From: a virus
Direction: 5' to 3' (one strand)
Virus record (IMG/VR): IMGVR_UViG_3300045988_088856
Span: 1 to 42,175 of that record
Length of the DNA stretch: 42,175 bases
The notes under the pieces were generated by a model, which had not been told where the DNA came from, did not search any database, and saw only the letters and a program-made list of their open reading frames with translations. The position numbers and the translations under genes were made by a program. Shown here one piece after another: positions 32,727 through 41,903 of the stretch. Position 1 is the stretch's first letter. Each line of letters starts with the position of its first letter.

Positions 32727-33992
32727 ATGGAACAAATCAAGATCAATAAACTCGAGATCGAAAATGTAAAACGGATCAAAGCAGTCAAAGTAGAGCCGAC
32801 AGCTTCCGGACTGACCGTCATTGGAGGAAAGAACAATCAGGGAAAAACTTCTGTATTGGATTCGATCGCCTGGGCTTTGGGAGGGGAGAAATACCGTCCT
32901 TCCAAAGCGCAGAGGGAAGGCTCCGTCATCCCGCCTACCTTACATATTGTCATGAGTAATGGTCTGGTGGTAGAGCGGAAAGGAAAAAATAGTTCCCTGA
33001 AAGTGACAGACCCCAGTGGACAGAAAGGCGGCCAGCTGCTCCTCAATGAGTTTGTGGAGCAGCTGGCGTTGGATCTGCCGAAGTTTATGGAGAGTTCCGG
33101 AAAAGAAAAGGCAAAGACGTTGCTCCGGATCATCGGCGTGGGGGATCAGCTGGAAGTTTTGGACCGCAGGGAAAAAGAATTATACAATAATCGCCTGGCT
33201 ATCGGACAGATCGCAGACCGGAAAAAGAAGTTTGCAGATGAACAGCCGTATTATCCGGATGCACCGAAAGAACTTGTTTCTCCGACAGAGATGATCAAGC
33301 AGCAGCAGGACATCATTGCTCGTAATGGGGAGAACCAGAGAAAAAGAGAGAACCTGCATCGCCTGGAACAGGAATATCAGAAGATCAATGAACAGATGGA
33401 AGAGCTGCTGAAAAAGCAGAAGCAGGTACAGGACGATCTGACTGTTGCACGCACCTCCGCGAAGGATCTGCAGGACGAATCGACGGCGGAACTGGAAGAA
33501 TCCATCGCAAACATCGAGGAGATCAACCGCAAGGTACGGGCAAACATGGATAAAGATAAGGCGGAAGAGGATGCCAGGGATTATAAAGACCAGTACAATG
33601 CATTGACGATTGAGATCGATAAGACCAGGCAGGAGAAGACAGAGCTGCTGCAGTCCGCGGAACTGCCGCTTCCGGAATTATCTGTGAAAGACGGGGAACT
33701 GGTCTACAAGGGGCAGCAGTGGGACAACATGTCCGGTTCTGACCGGTTGAAAGTCTCTACGGCGATTGTCCGGAAACTGAATCCGAAGTGTGGCTTTGTC
33801 CTTCTGGACAAGCTGGAACAGATGGATACTGACACCTTAAATGAGTTTGGACAGTGGCTGGAGCAGGAAGGGCTGCAGGCGATTGCGACCCGCGTCAGCA
33901 CCGGAGATGAATGCAGCATCATCATTGAGGACGGGTATTCCAATAACGTTGCCCCGCAGGCACAGAAAACATGGAAAGCAGGTGAGTTTTAA
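32727..33992 (+). CDS. SMC/RecF/SbcC-like AAA ATPase
   Basis: The Walker A motif is GGKNNQGKTS. It has a long central coiled coil and a C-terminal FVLLDKLEQMD Walker B-like motif. Confidence 0.7.
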   Translation: MEQIKINKLEIENVKRIKAVKVEPTASGLTVIGGKNNQGKTSVLDSIAWALGGEKYRPSKAQREGSVIPPTLHIVMSNGLVVERKGKNSSLKVTDPSGQKGGQLLLNEFVEQLALDLPKFMESSGKEKAKTLLRIIGVGDQLEVLDRREKELYNNRLAIGQIADRKKKFADEQPYYPDAPKELVSPTEMIKQQQDIIARNGENQRKRENLHRLEQEYQKINEQMEELLKKQKQVQDDLTVARTSAKDLQDESTAELEESIANIEEINRKVRANMDKDKAEEDARDYKDQYNALTIEIDKTRQEKTELLQSAELPLPELSVKDGELVYKGQQWDNMSGSDRLKVSTAIVRKLNPKCGFVLLDKLEQMDTDTLNEFGQWLEQEGLQAIATRVSTGDECSIIIEDGYSNNVAPQAQKTWKAGEF

Positions 33993-35125
33993 TGGGGATG
34001 GAGATTACCAGAGGCAGGATCAAAAAAGCCAAAAAAGTAGTGGTGTATGGACCGGAAGGAATCGGCAAGTCCACATTTGCTTCCCGGTTCCCGGATCCGG
34101 TATTCATTGATACGGAAGGCAGCACTAATGACATGGATGTGGCCAGGCTCCCCCGGCCGACAAGCTGGACCATGCTCCTGGATGAAATCGATCATGTGAA
34201 GAGCACGCCAGGAGTCTGCCGGACGCTTGTGATCGATACCATTGACTGGGCGGAAATGCTTTGTATCGAGCATATCTGTGACAAACATCACAAAAATGGG
34301 ATTGAAAGCTTCGGTTATGGAAATGGGTATGTCTACGTGAAAGAAGAGTTCGGAAAATTCCTGAACAGGCTTTCCGATGTGATCGAGACGGGGGTCCATG
34401 TCGTACTGACCGCCCACGCCCAGCTGCGGAAATTTGAGCAGCCGGACGAGATGGGCGCCTATGACCGATGGGAGTTAAAGCTGGGAAAGAAGACATCTTC
34501 CCAGACCTCCCCGCTGGTGAAAGAATGGGCAGACATGCTTCTGTTCTGCAATTATAAAACATTTGCAGTAGCTGTGGACGATACCGGAAAAAAGCATAAA
34601 GCCCAGGGAGGAAAGCGGGTCATGTACACGTCCCATCATCCTTGTTGGGACGCAAAGAACCGTTACGGTCTTCCGGAAGAGTGCGAGTTTGATTACAGTG
34701 TGATCGCGGGGATCATTGAGGCTGGTTCGGCAGCGCCGCAGCAGAAGGAGCCGCCTGTTTCGCCGCCGGTCCAGGCCGTAGAAGCGGAGCCGGAGAAAAA
34801 GGAACCGGAACAGATGGAGATAAAATTTGACGATGCAGACGTGGAGATTTCCCGGGAAGATACCCTCCCGCCGAAAAACAATACGAGCAGCGTCATCCCA
34901 GGTGTCCCAAAGGCCCTGTCCGATCTGATGACGGCTAATGGCGTGACGGAGTGGGACATCCAGGCGGTCTGTGCGCGGCGGGGATATTACCCGGAAGACA
35001 CGCCGATCGCCAACTATGACCCTGACTTTGTCAGTGGCGTCCTGGTGGCTGCCTGGCCGCAGGTCTATGCCATGATCGAAGAATACCGGAAAGAGTTTGA
35101 TGTCCCGTTTAAAGAGGATAAGTAA
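33992..35125 (+). CDS. Sak4-like RecA-fold ATPase (phage nucleotide-binding protein)
   Basis: VVVYGPEGIGKSTFAS is a Walker A motif. The gene lies before a DUF669-like gene, as in Sak4 modules. Confidence 0.7.
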   Translation: MGMEITRGRIKKAKKVVVYGPEGIGKSTFASRFPDPVFIDTEGSTNDMDVARLPRPTSWTMLLDEIDHVKSTPGVCRTLVIDTIDWAEMLCIEHICDKHHKNGIESFGYGNGYVYVKEEFGKFLNRLSDVIETGVHVVLTAHAQLRKFEQPDEMGAYDRWELKLGKKTSSQTSPLVKEWADMLLFCNYKTFAVAVDDTGKKHKAQGGKRVMYTSHHPCWDAKNRYGLPEECEFDYSVIAGIIEAGSAAPQQKEPPVSPPVQAVEAEPEKKEPEQMEIKFDDADVEISREDTLPPKNNTSSVIPGVPKALSDLMTANGVTEWDIQAVCARRGYYPEDTPIANYDPDFVSGVLVAAWPQVYAMIEEYRKEFDVPFKEDK

Positions 35126-35142
35126 AGAAAGGAAGGATATTT

Positions 35143-35595
35143 ATGGAAAATCAAATGGATAGAGAATTGCAGTGGGATGATACGATTGAAAAAGAAAGCA
35201 GCGATTTTGTCCTGCTCCCGGAAGGAGACTATAACTTTGTCGTAGACAGTTTTGAGCGGGGCAGACACGGCGGCAGCGAGAAGCTGCCTTCGTGTAACAA
35301 AGCAATCCTGAAGCTCCGGGTAGAATCCGATAAGGGGACAGCGCTCATCACACATAACCTGTTCCTGCATACCAAAACAGAAGGGCTGTTGTCTGCCTTC
35401 TTTGAATCCATCGGACAGAAAAAGAAGGGCGAAAAGATGACCATGAACTGGAGCCATGTGCCTGGCGCGACCGGCAGGGCAAAGGTAGGCATCCATACCT
35501 ATGTGAATAAAGACGGGGAAGAACGTCAGTCTAACGATATCAAGAAATTTTATCCAAAAGAAGATAAGCCGGCATTCACCGCCGGTACGTTTTGA
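35143..35595 (+). CDS. DUF669-like (SSB-like) protein
   Basis: The N-terminal pattern LPEGDYNFVVDSFE and its position after Sak4 support the call. Confidence 0.6.
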   Translation: MENQMDRELQWDDTIEKESSDFVLLPEGDYNFVVDSFERGRHGGSEKLPSCNKAILKLRVESDKGTALITHNLFLHTKTEGLLSAFFESIGQKKKGEKMTMNWSHVPGATGRAKVGIHTYVNKDGEERQSNDIKKFYPKEDKPAFTAGTF

Positions 35596-37178
35596 TGGAG
35601 CTGAGGCCGTACCAGCAGGAAGCGAAAGACGCGATCTTCAACCAGTGGGCCAGTGGCGTGAACAAAACGCTGCTGGTCCTTCCTACCGGATGTGGGAAGA
35701 CCATTGTCTTTGCAAAGGTTACGGAGGATTGCGTGAGGAACGGTGACCGGGTATTGATCCTGGCGCACCGCGGGGAACTGCTGGAACAGGCCGCAGACAA
35801 GATCCTGCAGACAACGGGGCTTAACTGTGCAGTGGAAAAAGCAGAGCAGTCCTGCCTGGGGAGCTGGTTCCGGATAACCGTAGGTTCCGTCCAGAGCCTG
35901 ATGCGGGAGACCAGACTTGCCCGGTTCCCGGAAGAGTATTTTGATACCATCATCATTGATGAAGCGCACCACTGTATCTCAGACAGCTATCAGAGAGTTT
36001 TGGGACATTTCCCCGAGGCAAAGGTCCTTGGCGTAACAGCAACGCCGGACAGGGGCGACATGAAAAACCTGGGCCAGGTGTTTGAATCCCTGGCGTATGA
36101 ATATACGCTGCCTAAAGCTATCAAAGAGGGATATCTGTCCCCAATCAAAGCAGTGACGATCCCCCTGCGGGTAGATCTGACGGGCGTGGGCGTCCAATCC
36201 GGCGATTTTAAGGCGGGTGACCTGGGAACGGCACTGGATCCGTACCTGGAACAAATCGCGTCAGAAATGGAAAACTACTGCAGGGAGAAAAAGACCGTGG
36301 TATTCCTGCCGCTGGTGAAGACCAGCCAGAAATTCCGGGACATCCTGACCAGCCACGGATTCCGGGCTGCAGAGGTCAATGGAGAGAGCCAGGACCGTGC
36401 GGAGATCCTGCGGGATTTTGCAGCAGGAAAATATAATGTCTTGTGCAATTCCATGCTGCTGACCGAGGGCTGGGACTGCCCGGATGTGGACTGCATCGTG
36501 GTGCTGCGGCCGACAAAGGTGCGGAGCCTGTACTGTCAGATGGTGGGGCGCGGCACCCGGCTCGCACCGGGGAAAGACCATCTGCTTCTCCTGGACTTCC
36601 TGTGGCATACAGAGCGTCATGAACTGTGCCATCCGGCGCACCTGATCTGCGAGAATGAAGAGGTCGCCCAGAAGATGACAGAAAATCTGGAGAAAGATGC
36701 CGGCTGTCCGATAGACATCGAAGAGGCAGAGAAGACGGCGTCTGAAGATGTCGTGGCGCAGCGAGAGGAAGCGCTGGCGCAGAAACTGGCAGAGATGAAA
36801 CGCAGGAAGCGGAAGCTGGTAGACCCTCTGCAGTTTGAGATGAGCATCCAGGCGGAGGACCTTTCCGGGTATGTCCCGGCGTTTGGCTGGGAGATGGCGC
36901 CGCCATCTGAGAAACAGAAAAAAACACTGGAAAAACTGGGGATCCTGCCGGATGAGATCGATAATGCCGGAAAAGCAACAAAACTGCTGGAGAGACTGGA
37001 TAAGCGCCGGAAGGAAGGACTGACCACGCCAAAACAGATCCGCTTCCTGGAAAGCAGAGGCTTCCAGCATGTGGGGACCTGGCAGTTTGAAACAGCCAGG
37101 AAACTGATCGACCGGATCGCGGGGAATGGCTGGAAAGTTCCCCGGGACATCATTCCGGCAGAATATAAAGGAGCATGA
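35595..37178 (+). CDS. Superfamily 2 DEAD/DEAH-box helicase
   Basis: The motifs are LPTGCGKT, IIDEAHH and VTATP, with helicase C motifs. Confidence 0.85.
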   Translation: MELRPYQQEAKDAIFNQWASGVNKTLLVLPTGCGKTIVFAKVTEDCVRNGDRVLILAHRGELLEQAADKILQTTGLNCAVEKAEQSCLGSWFRITVGSVQSLMRETRLARFPEEYFDTIIIDEAHHCISDSYQRVLGHFPEAKVLGVTATPDRGDMKNLGQVFESLAYEYTLPKAIKEGYLSPIKAVTIPLRVDLTGVGVQSGDFKAGDLGTALDPYLEQIASEMENYCREKKTVVFLPLVKTSQKFRDILTSHGFRAAEVNGESQDRAEILRDFAAGKYNVLCNSMLLTEGWDCPDVDCIVVLRPTKVRSLYCQMVGRGTRLAPGKDHLLLLDFLWHTERHELCHPAHLICENEEVAQKMTENLEKDAGCPIDIEEAEKTASEDVVAQREEALAQKLAEMKRRKRKLVDPLQFEMSIQAEDLSGYVPAFGWEMAPPSEKQKKTLEKLGILPDEIDNAGKATKLLERLDKRRKEGLTTPKQIRFLESRGFQHVGTWQFETARKLIDRIAGNGWKVPRDIIPAEYKGA

Positions 37179-37180
37179 GA

Positions 37181-39415
37181 ATGGAACACAGGGCAGATTT
37201 ATTACATATACTGGACAGCATCCATCCCGCTGACCTTGATTATCAGGAATGGGTCAATGTGGGGATGGCGTTAAAACAGGAAGGATATACCGCGGCGGAC
37301 TGGGACCGGTGGAGCCAGATGGATTCTGCCCGTTACCATTCCGGGGAGTGTTTCCGGAAATGGGAAAGCTTCCGCGGTTCTTCCGACCCTGTCACCGCCG
37401 GCACTATCATACAGATGGCTCTGGATCATGGCTGGGTCCCGGAAGCGGGGCATGAACTGGAATGGGATTCCGAGATCCGTTATGACATCATTGACAGTGG
37501 CTGGGTAGAAGACAGGGAGATCACCGAACCTGCAGACTGGGACCCTGCCGGAGAACTCATCCGGTATCTGGAGACCTTGTTCGAGGCAGGGGAAAATGTC
37601 GGTTATGTTACGGAGAGCTGGGAGAAAACAGATGAAAAAGGGACCCGGTGGCTGCCGTCAAAGGGGGACTGGAGCCGGACTGCCGGACAGTTGATCCAGG
37701 CCCTTAATAAATGCAACGGCGATATTGGCGCGGTGCTGGGGGATTACAACCCGGAAGCCGGCGCGTGGATCCGCTTCAATCCTCTGGACGGGAACGGATG
37801 TCGGAATGAAAATGTGACGGATTTCCGGTATGCCCTGGTGGAATCCGATGACATGGAACTGGAAAAGCAGAATGCCCTCATCCGGGAACTGGAGCTGCCT
37901 GTGGCTGCCCTGGTATTTTCCGGAAAGAAAAGCCTCCATGCCATCGTGCGGATCGATGCGGCAGATTACAGGGAATACCGCCAGCGGGTGGAATATTTAT
38001 ACGGTGTTTGCCGAAAGAACGGATTAAAACTGGACACACAGAACAAAAATCCATCCCGTCTGTCCCGGATGCCGGGCGTGATGCGGAATGGAAAGAAACA
38101 GTTCCTTTTGGATACCAACATCGGAAAAGAGTCCTGGGAAGAGTGGCAGGAATACATTGAGAGTATCAATGACGACCTGCCGGACCCGGAGTCCCTGGAA
38201 GCCGTGTGGGAAAATCTGCCGGAACTGTCACCCTGCCTGATCGATGGGGTGCTGCGTAAAGGACACAAGATGCTTATCGCCGGCCCGTCCAAAGCGGGGA
38301 AATCCTTCCTCCAGATCGAATTATGTATCGCCATCGCGGAAGGAAAGAAGTGGCTGGGATGGCAGTGTGCCCGGGGGAGGGTGATGTATGTAAACCTGGA
38401 GCTGGACCGTGCCAGCTGCCTGCACCGGTTCCGTGATGTATATGAATCCCTCGGCTGGCGTCCGGAGCATCTTGGAAGTATTGATATCTGGAACCTGCGA
38501 GGGAAATCTGTTCCGATGGATAAATTGGCACCAAAACTGATCCGACGGGCTGCCAAAAAGGACTATGTGGCCATCATCATAGATCCGATCTACAAGGTCA
38601 TCACGGGAGATGAGAACAGTGCGGACCAGATGGCAAACTTCTGTAACCAGTTCGATAAAGTCTGTACGGAACTTGGCTGTGCAGTCATTTACTGTCATCA
38701 TCACAGCAAGGGCAGCCAGGGCGGCAAGAAGTCCATGGACCGTGCCAGCGGCTCTGGCGTGTTCGCCAGGGATCCGGATGCGCTGCTGGACCTCATTGAA
38801 CTGGAAACCACAGATGCACTCATGGAACAGGAGGAAAACAAGGCTATCTGTAAGGCATGTATCCAATACCTGGACGCACACTTTGAATGGGCGGACGACC
38901 TCTCCCAGGACGATCTGTGCAGTAAGACACAGATGCTTTCTTACTGTCAGGAACATCTGGATAAGTGGCAGATGAACGCTCTGCAGAAGCAGATCGACCA
39001 GGTGGTAACGGATACAAGAGCAAAGACCGCGTGGCGCATTGAAGGGACGCTCCGGGAATTCCCGAAATTTGAACCGGTGAATGTCTGGTTCCATTACCCG
39101 GTACATCGACTGGATGACACAGGCTGCCTGCATGATATCCAGCCGGAGGATGAGAGGCCGCCATGGAAAAAGGGGGCAGAAAGCAATAAAAAGAGCGCAA
39201 AGGACCGGAAAGAAGAGCGCAGGAAGGCCCTGGAAGCTGCTCTGGAGAACAGTAATTTTGGAGAAAATCCGTCCGTGGATGATGTGGCCGGATACCTGGG
39301 AGTCTCAAAAAGAACGGCAAGAGACCGGATTAACGAGCATGGAGGATATGTCATTGAAGGCGGGATCGTACGGAAAAAGGCAGAAAAACAGAGGGAGGGA
39401 AAAGCTGAAAGTTAA
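37181..39415 (+). CDS. Primase-helicase (PriCT-like N-terminus, primase-polymerase core, RecA-like AAA domain)
   Basis: The Walker A motif is LIAGPSKAGKSF. The N-terminal Trp-rich PriCT-like segment is present. The start may be 37175 or 37181. Confidence 0.75.
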   Translation: MEHRADLLHILDSIHPADLDYQEWVNVGMALKQEGYTAADWDRWSQMDSARYHSGECFRKWESFRGSSDPVTAGTIIQMALDHGWVPEAGHELEWDSEIRYDIIDSGWVEDREITEPADWDPAGELIRYLETLFEAGENVGYVTESWEKTDEKGTRWLPSKGDWSRTAGQLIQALNKCNGDIGAVLGDYNPEAGAWIRFNPLDGNGCRNENVTDFRYALVESDDMELEKQNALIRELELPVAALVFSGKKSLHAIVRIDAADYREYRQRVEYLYGVCRKNGLKLDTQNKNPSRLSRMPGVMRNGKKQFLLDTNIGKESWEEWQEYIESINDDLPDPESLEAVWENLPELSPCLIDGVLRKGHKMLIAGPSKAGKSFLQIELCIAIAEGKKWLGWQCARGRVMYVNLELDRASCLHRFRDVYESLGWRPEHLGSIDIWNLRGKSVPMDKLAPKLIRRAAKKDYVAIIIDPIYKVITGDENSADQMANFCNQFDKVCTELGCAVIYCHHHSKGSQGGKKSMDRASGSGVFARDPDALLDLIELETTDALMEQEENKAICKACIQYLDAHFEWADDLSQDDLCSKTQMLSYCQEHLDKWQMNALQKQIDQVVTDTRAKTAWRIEGTLREFPKFEPVNVWFHYPVHRLDDTGCLHDIQPEDERPPWKKGAESNKKSAKDRKEERRKALEAALENSNFGENPSVDDVAGYLGVSKRTARDRINEHGGYVIEGGIVRKKAEKQREGKAES

Positions 39416-39700
39416 GACTTCCCCTCCGGGGACGACAGGGAGGGAAAGACTAAAAACAAGACTTCCCCTCACAAAGCAAGAATGGAGGGGAACACTGCAA
39501 AACAGTCTTTCCCTCACAGAAAGGCGGAGGGAGGGGAACACTGAAATTCAGTCTTCCCCCTGTGGAGGGGAAGACACTACCCCTAAAGGGGTAAATATTT
39601 CCCCCTCCGTTGCACGTCGGTTACGGGGGTAGGAGAGGGACGGGCCTAAAGCTGCCCGGCCCCGTCTCCCTTCCCCCTCCCCGTAACAAGGGCGCATGAA
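39414..39700. repeat. Iteron/hairpin array (candidate replication origin)
   Basis: Four direct repeats (A/C)AG(A/T)CTT(C/T)CCC(T/C) start at 39414, 39458, 39503 and 39549, spaced 44-46 bp. Each pairs with a downstream GGAGGGGAA-type complement. A long imperfect hairpin lies at ~39620-39690. Confidence 0.55.
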
Positions 39701-39742
39701 AACGAAAAAAAGATGTTTTAGCGATTTAGAGAGGTGAAGTGC

Positions 39743-40132
39743 ATGGAATTCTTTATGGCGATGGTACCACCCACGGTTACCCATCAGGAAAAGCAGGTGC
39801 ATGTGGTAAATGGCAAACCAAAGTTTTACGAACCGGCAGAGCTGAAAGCTGCCAGGGCAAAACTGGAAGCATATCTGACACCGCATCGTCCAGGTAAGAA
39901 ATATACTGGTCCGGTGGAGCTAGTCTCCACATGGTGCTTCCCGGTGAGAGGAAAACATAAGGACGGGGAGCCTATGGCGAATAAGCCGGATACCGACAAT
40001 CTGCAGAAACTCCTGAAAGACTGCATGACGAAAGTCGGTTTCTGGAAAGATGACGCGTTGGTCTGCCGGGAGATCGTGGAAAAGTTCTGGGCGGACATTC
40101 CAGGGATCTATATCCGGATCAAGGAGATGTGA
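39743..40132 (+). CDS. rusA: RusA-family Holliday junction resolvase
   Basis: It carries the KPDTDNLQKLLKDCMTKVGFWKDDALV motif. Confidence 0.8.
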   Translation: MEFFMAMVPPTVTHQEKQVHVVNGKPKFYEPAELKAARAKLEAYLTPHRPGKKYTGPVELVSTWCFPVRGKHKDGEPMANKPDTDNLQKLLKDCMTKVGFWKDDALVCREIVEKFWADIPGIYIRIKEM

Positions 40133-40371
40133 TAACGATCAGCGGGAAAGCAATGATACAGCATGAATTGGATCTGTTCTTCGGAAACTGCATGGAACAT
40201 ATGCACGACACCGAAGAAGATTGGGACTACGTGATCAGATGGAGCAAGAAATATGCAGCCAGCAAAGGGAACACCCCGGAAATCCGGGAACTGATCTTGG
40301 AGCATATCGAACGGCTGGAAAGAAAGTTCGGGCATAAGAATATGGGAGGCGACAGGAGTGATAAAAGTTGA
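40129..40371 (+). CDS. Hypothetical protein
   Basis: Called as an ORF. The start is uncertain: GTG 40129 or ATG 40153. Confidence 0.45.
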   Translation: MITISGKAMIQHELDLFFGNCMEHMHDTEEDWDYVIRWSKKYAASKGNTPEIRELILEHIERLERKFGHKNMGGDRSDKS

Positions 40372-40546
40372 TGACATAAATTTCAAATACATTCCGATTG
40401 CTGCAATAGAGGATGTAAAGAATCGTGTGGCCGATTGGTTGGCATCTGGCGGCAAACCGGAAGATCCGTATGTGCAGCGACAACTGCAGTATTTGAAGAA
40501 CGTGGAAAAGGCCGTAAAGGCAGAGGAAAGGAAGAGAGGAAAATGA
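40358..40546 (+). CDS. Hypothetical protein
   Basis: GTG lies 8 nt after GGAGG. Confidence 0.45.
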   Translation: MIKVDDINFKYIPIAAIEDVKNRVADWLASGGKPEDPYVQRQLQYLKNVEKAVKAEERKRGK

Positions 40547-40977
40547 GCAAGAAAGACTACATCACCGGCCGTATGGACGGACTGAAACTGGCATTACGCA
40601 TCGCCGATCGGGACGGCATTGACGGGATCCGGAAGGAGATTGCCTACCGAAACAATGGCGGAATCAATACGCAATTATCGATGCGAGAGTTGGACGAGGC
40701 GTCCCAGACTATCAAAGAAAATTGTGTAGATACGATCCTCATCATGTCCATGTATGCTTTGCGTGATGAATATGGCTACGGCAAGGACCGGATGCAGCGA
40801 TTCTATGACCGGTTCATGCTGAAAACGGATATGGTGCTGAATCATGTGACAGACTTTCCGGAGATTCGGAAGACGCTGGAGAAAGAACTGGGCTATGAGA
40901 TCAATAAGCGGATTGGCGTCACCGGCGTGGAGCTGTTCCGGAAGAAGCTGGGGATAAAGGCGGAGGATTGTTCATGA
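40543..40977 (+). CDS. Hypothetical protein
   Basis: The ATG overlaps the upstream stop (ATGA). The longer track ORF has no RBS. Confidence 0.5.
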   Translation: MSKKDYITGRMDGLKLALRIADRDGIDGIRKEIAYRNNGGINTQLSMRELDEASQTIKENCVDTILIMSMYALRDEYGYGKDRMQRFYDRFMLKTDMVLNHVTDFPEIRKTLEKELGYEINKRIGVTGVELFRKKLGIKAEDCS

Positions 40978-41882
40978 AAATCGGACTGATTGATGTAGAT
41001 GGACATAACTTCCCTAATCTGCCATTGATGAAGCTTTCTGCGTATCACAAAGGAAACGGCGACGACGTAGAGTGGTATAATCCTCTGCTCGCCTGGAAAT
41101 ATCCGTATGACCGGGTGTATATGAGTAAAGTGTTTGCGTTTACACCGGATTATCTGCACCCAGTAAATGCACAGGAGATTATCTGCGGGGGAACGGGGTA
41201 TTACTATCCGGATGGCGGACAGCTACTGTCTCCGGAGATTGAACACATTTACCCGGATTATAGTCTGTATCCGGAGTATACAAAGGACACAGCTTACGGA
41301 TTCCTGACCAGAGGCTGCCCGAGAGGATGCGAGTTTTGTATCGTGGGCGACAAAGAGGGGCACAAAAGCCGGAAAGCTGCTGATCTGTCGGAGTTTTGGC
41401 GCGGTCAGAAAAATATTGTTTTACTCGACCCGAACACAATAGCCTGCCCAGAATGGGAAGATATTTTGCAACAATTGATTGATTCTGATGCCTGGGTAGA
41501 TTTTTCACAGGGCGTGGACATACGGCTCATGACGGATAAAAAAGCTGAAATGATAAAGCGCATCAAAGTCAAAAATATTCATTTCGCTTGGGACAGATAT
41601 GAGGACAAGGACGAGATTATTCCTAAATTTCGGAGGTTTAAAGAACTGACCGGCTGGGATTATCGAAAAATGACGGTTTATGTACTTACCGGATATAACA
41701 CCACGATAGAACAGGATTTGGAAAGAATTTATGCTTTGAGGGATTTGGGATACAGCCCGTATGTAATGATATACGACAAATATAAGAGAAAAAAGAAGGA
41801 TACTCTTGTTCGGGTACAGAGATGGGTAAATAGCAGATATGCATTTATGGCATGTAAATATTTTGAGGATTATACAGGATAA
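40974..41882 (+). CDS. Radical SAM domain protein
   Basis: The CxxxCxxC motif is in FLTRGCPRGCEFCIV. ATG lies 8 nt after GGAGGA. Confidence 0.65.
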   Translation: MKIGLIDVDGHNFPNLPLMKLSAYHKGNGDDVEWYNPLLAWKYPYDRVYMSKVFAFTPDYLHPVNAQEIICGGTGYYYPDGGQLLSPEIEHIYPDYSLYPEYTKDTAYGFLTRGCPRGCEFCIVGDKEGHKSRKAADLSEFWRGQKNIVLLDPNTIACPEWEDILQQLIDSDAWVDFSQGVDIRLMTDKKAEMIKRIKVKNIHFAWDRYEDKDEIIPKFRRFKELTGWDYRKMTVYVLTGYNTTIEQDLERIYALRDLGYSPYVMIYDKYKRKKKDTLVRVQRWVNSRYAFMACKYFEDYTG

Positions 41883-41903
41883 TCGTTCAGAGGAGGAATG
41901 ACC

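Noticed and set aside
37357-37372. AAATGGGAA 9-mer inside the primase-helicase gene.
   Set aside because: Only 9 nt are shared and the flanks are unrelated, so this is expected by chance in 84 kb of two-strand sequence.
39081-39886. Track ORFs overlapping the iteron region (39081-39632 +, 39305-39541 -, 39548-39886 -).
   Set aside because: They are driven by purine/pyrimidine-skewed repeats, giving Gly/Arg/Glu- or Pro/Ser/Leu-rich translations, and they have no RBSs.
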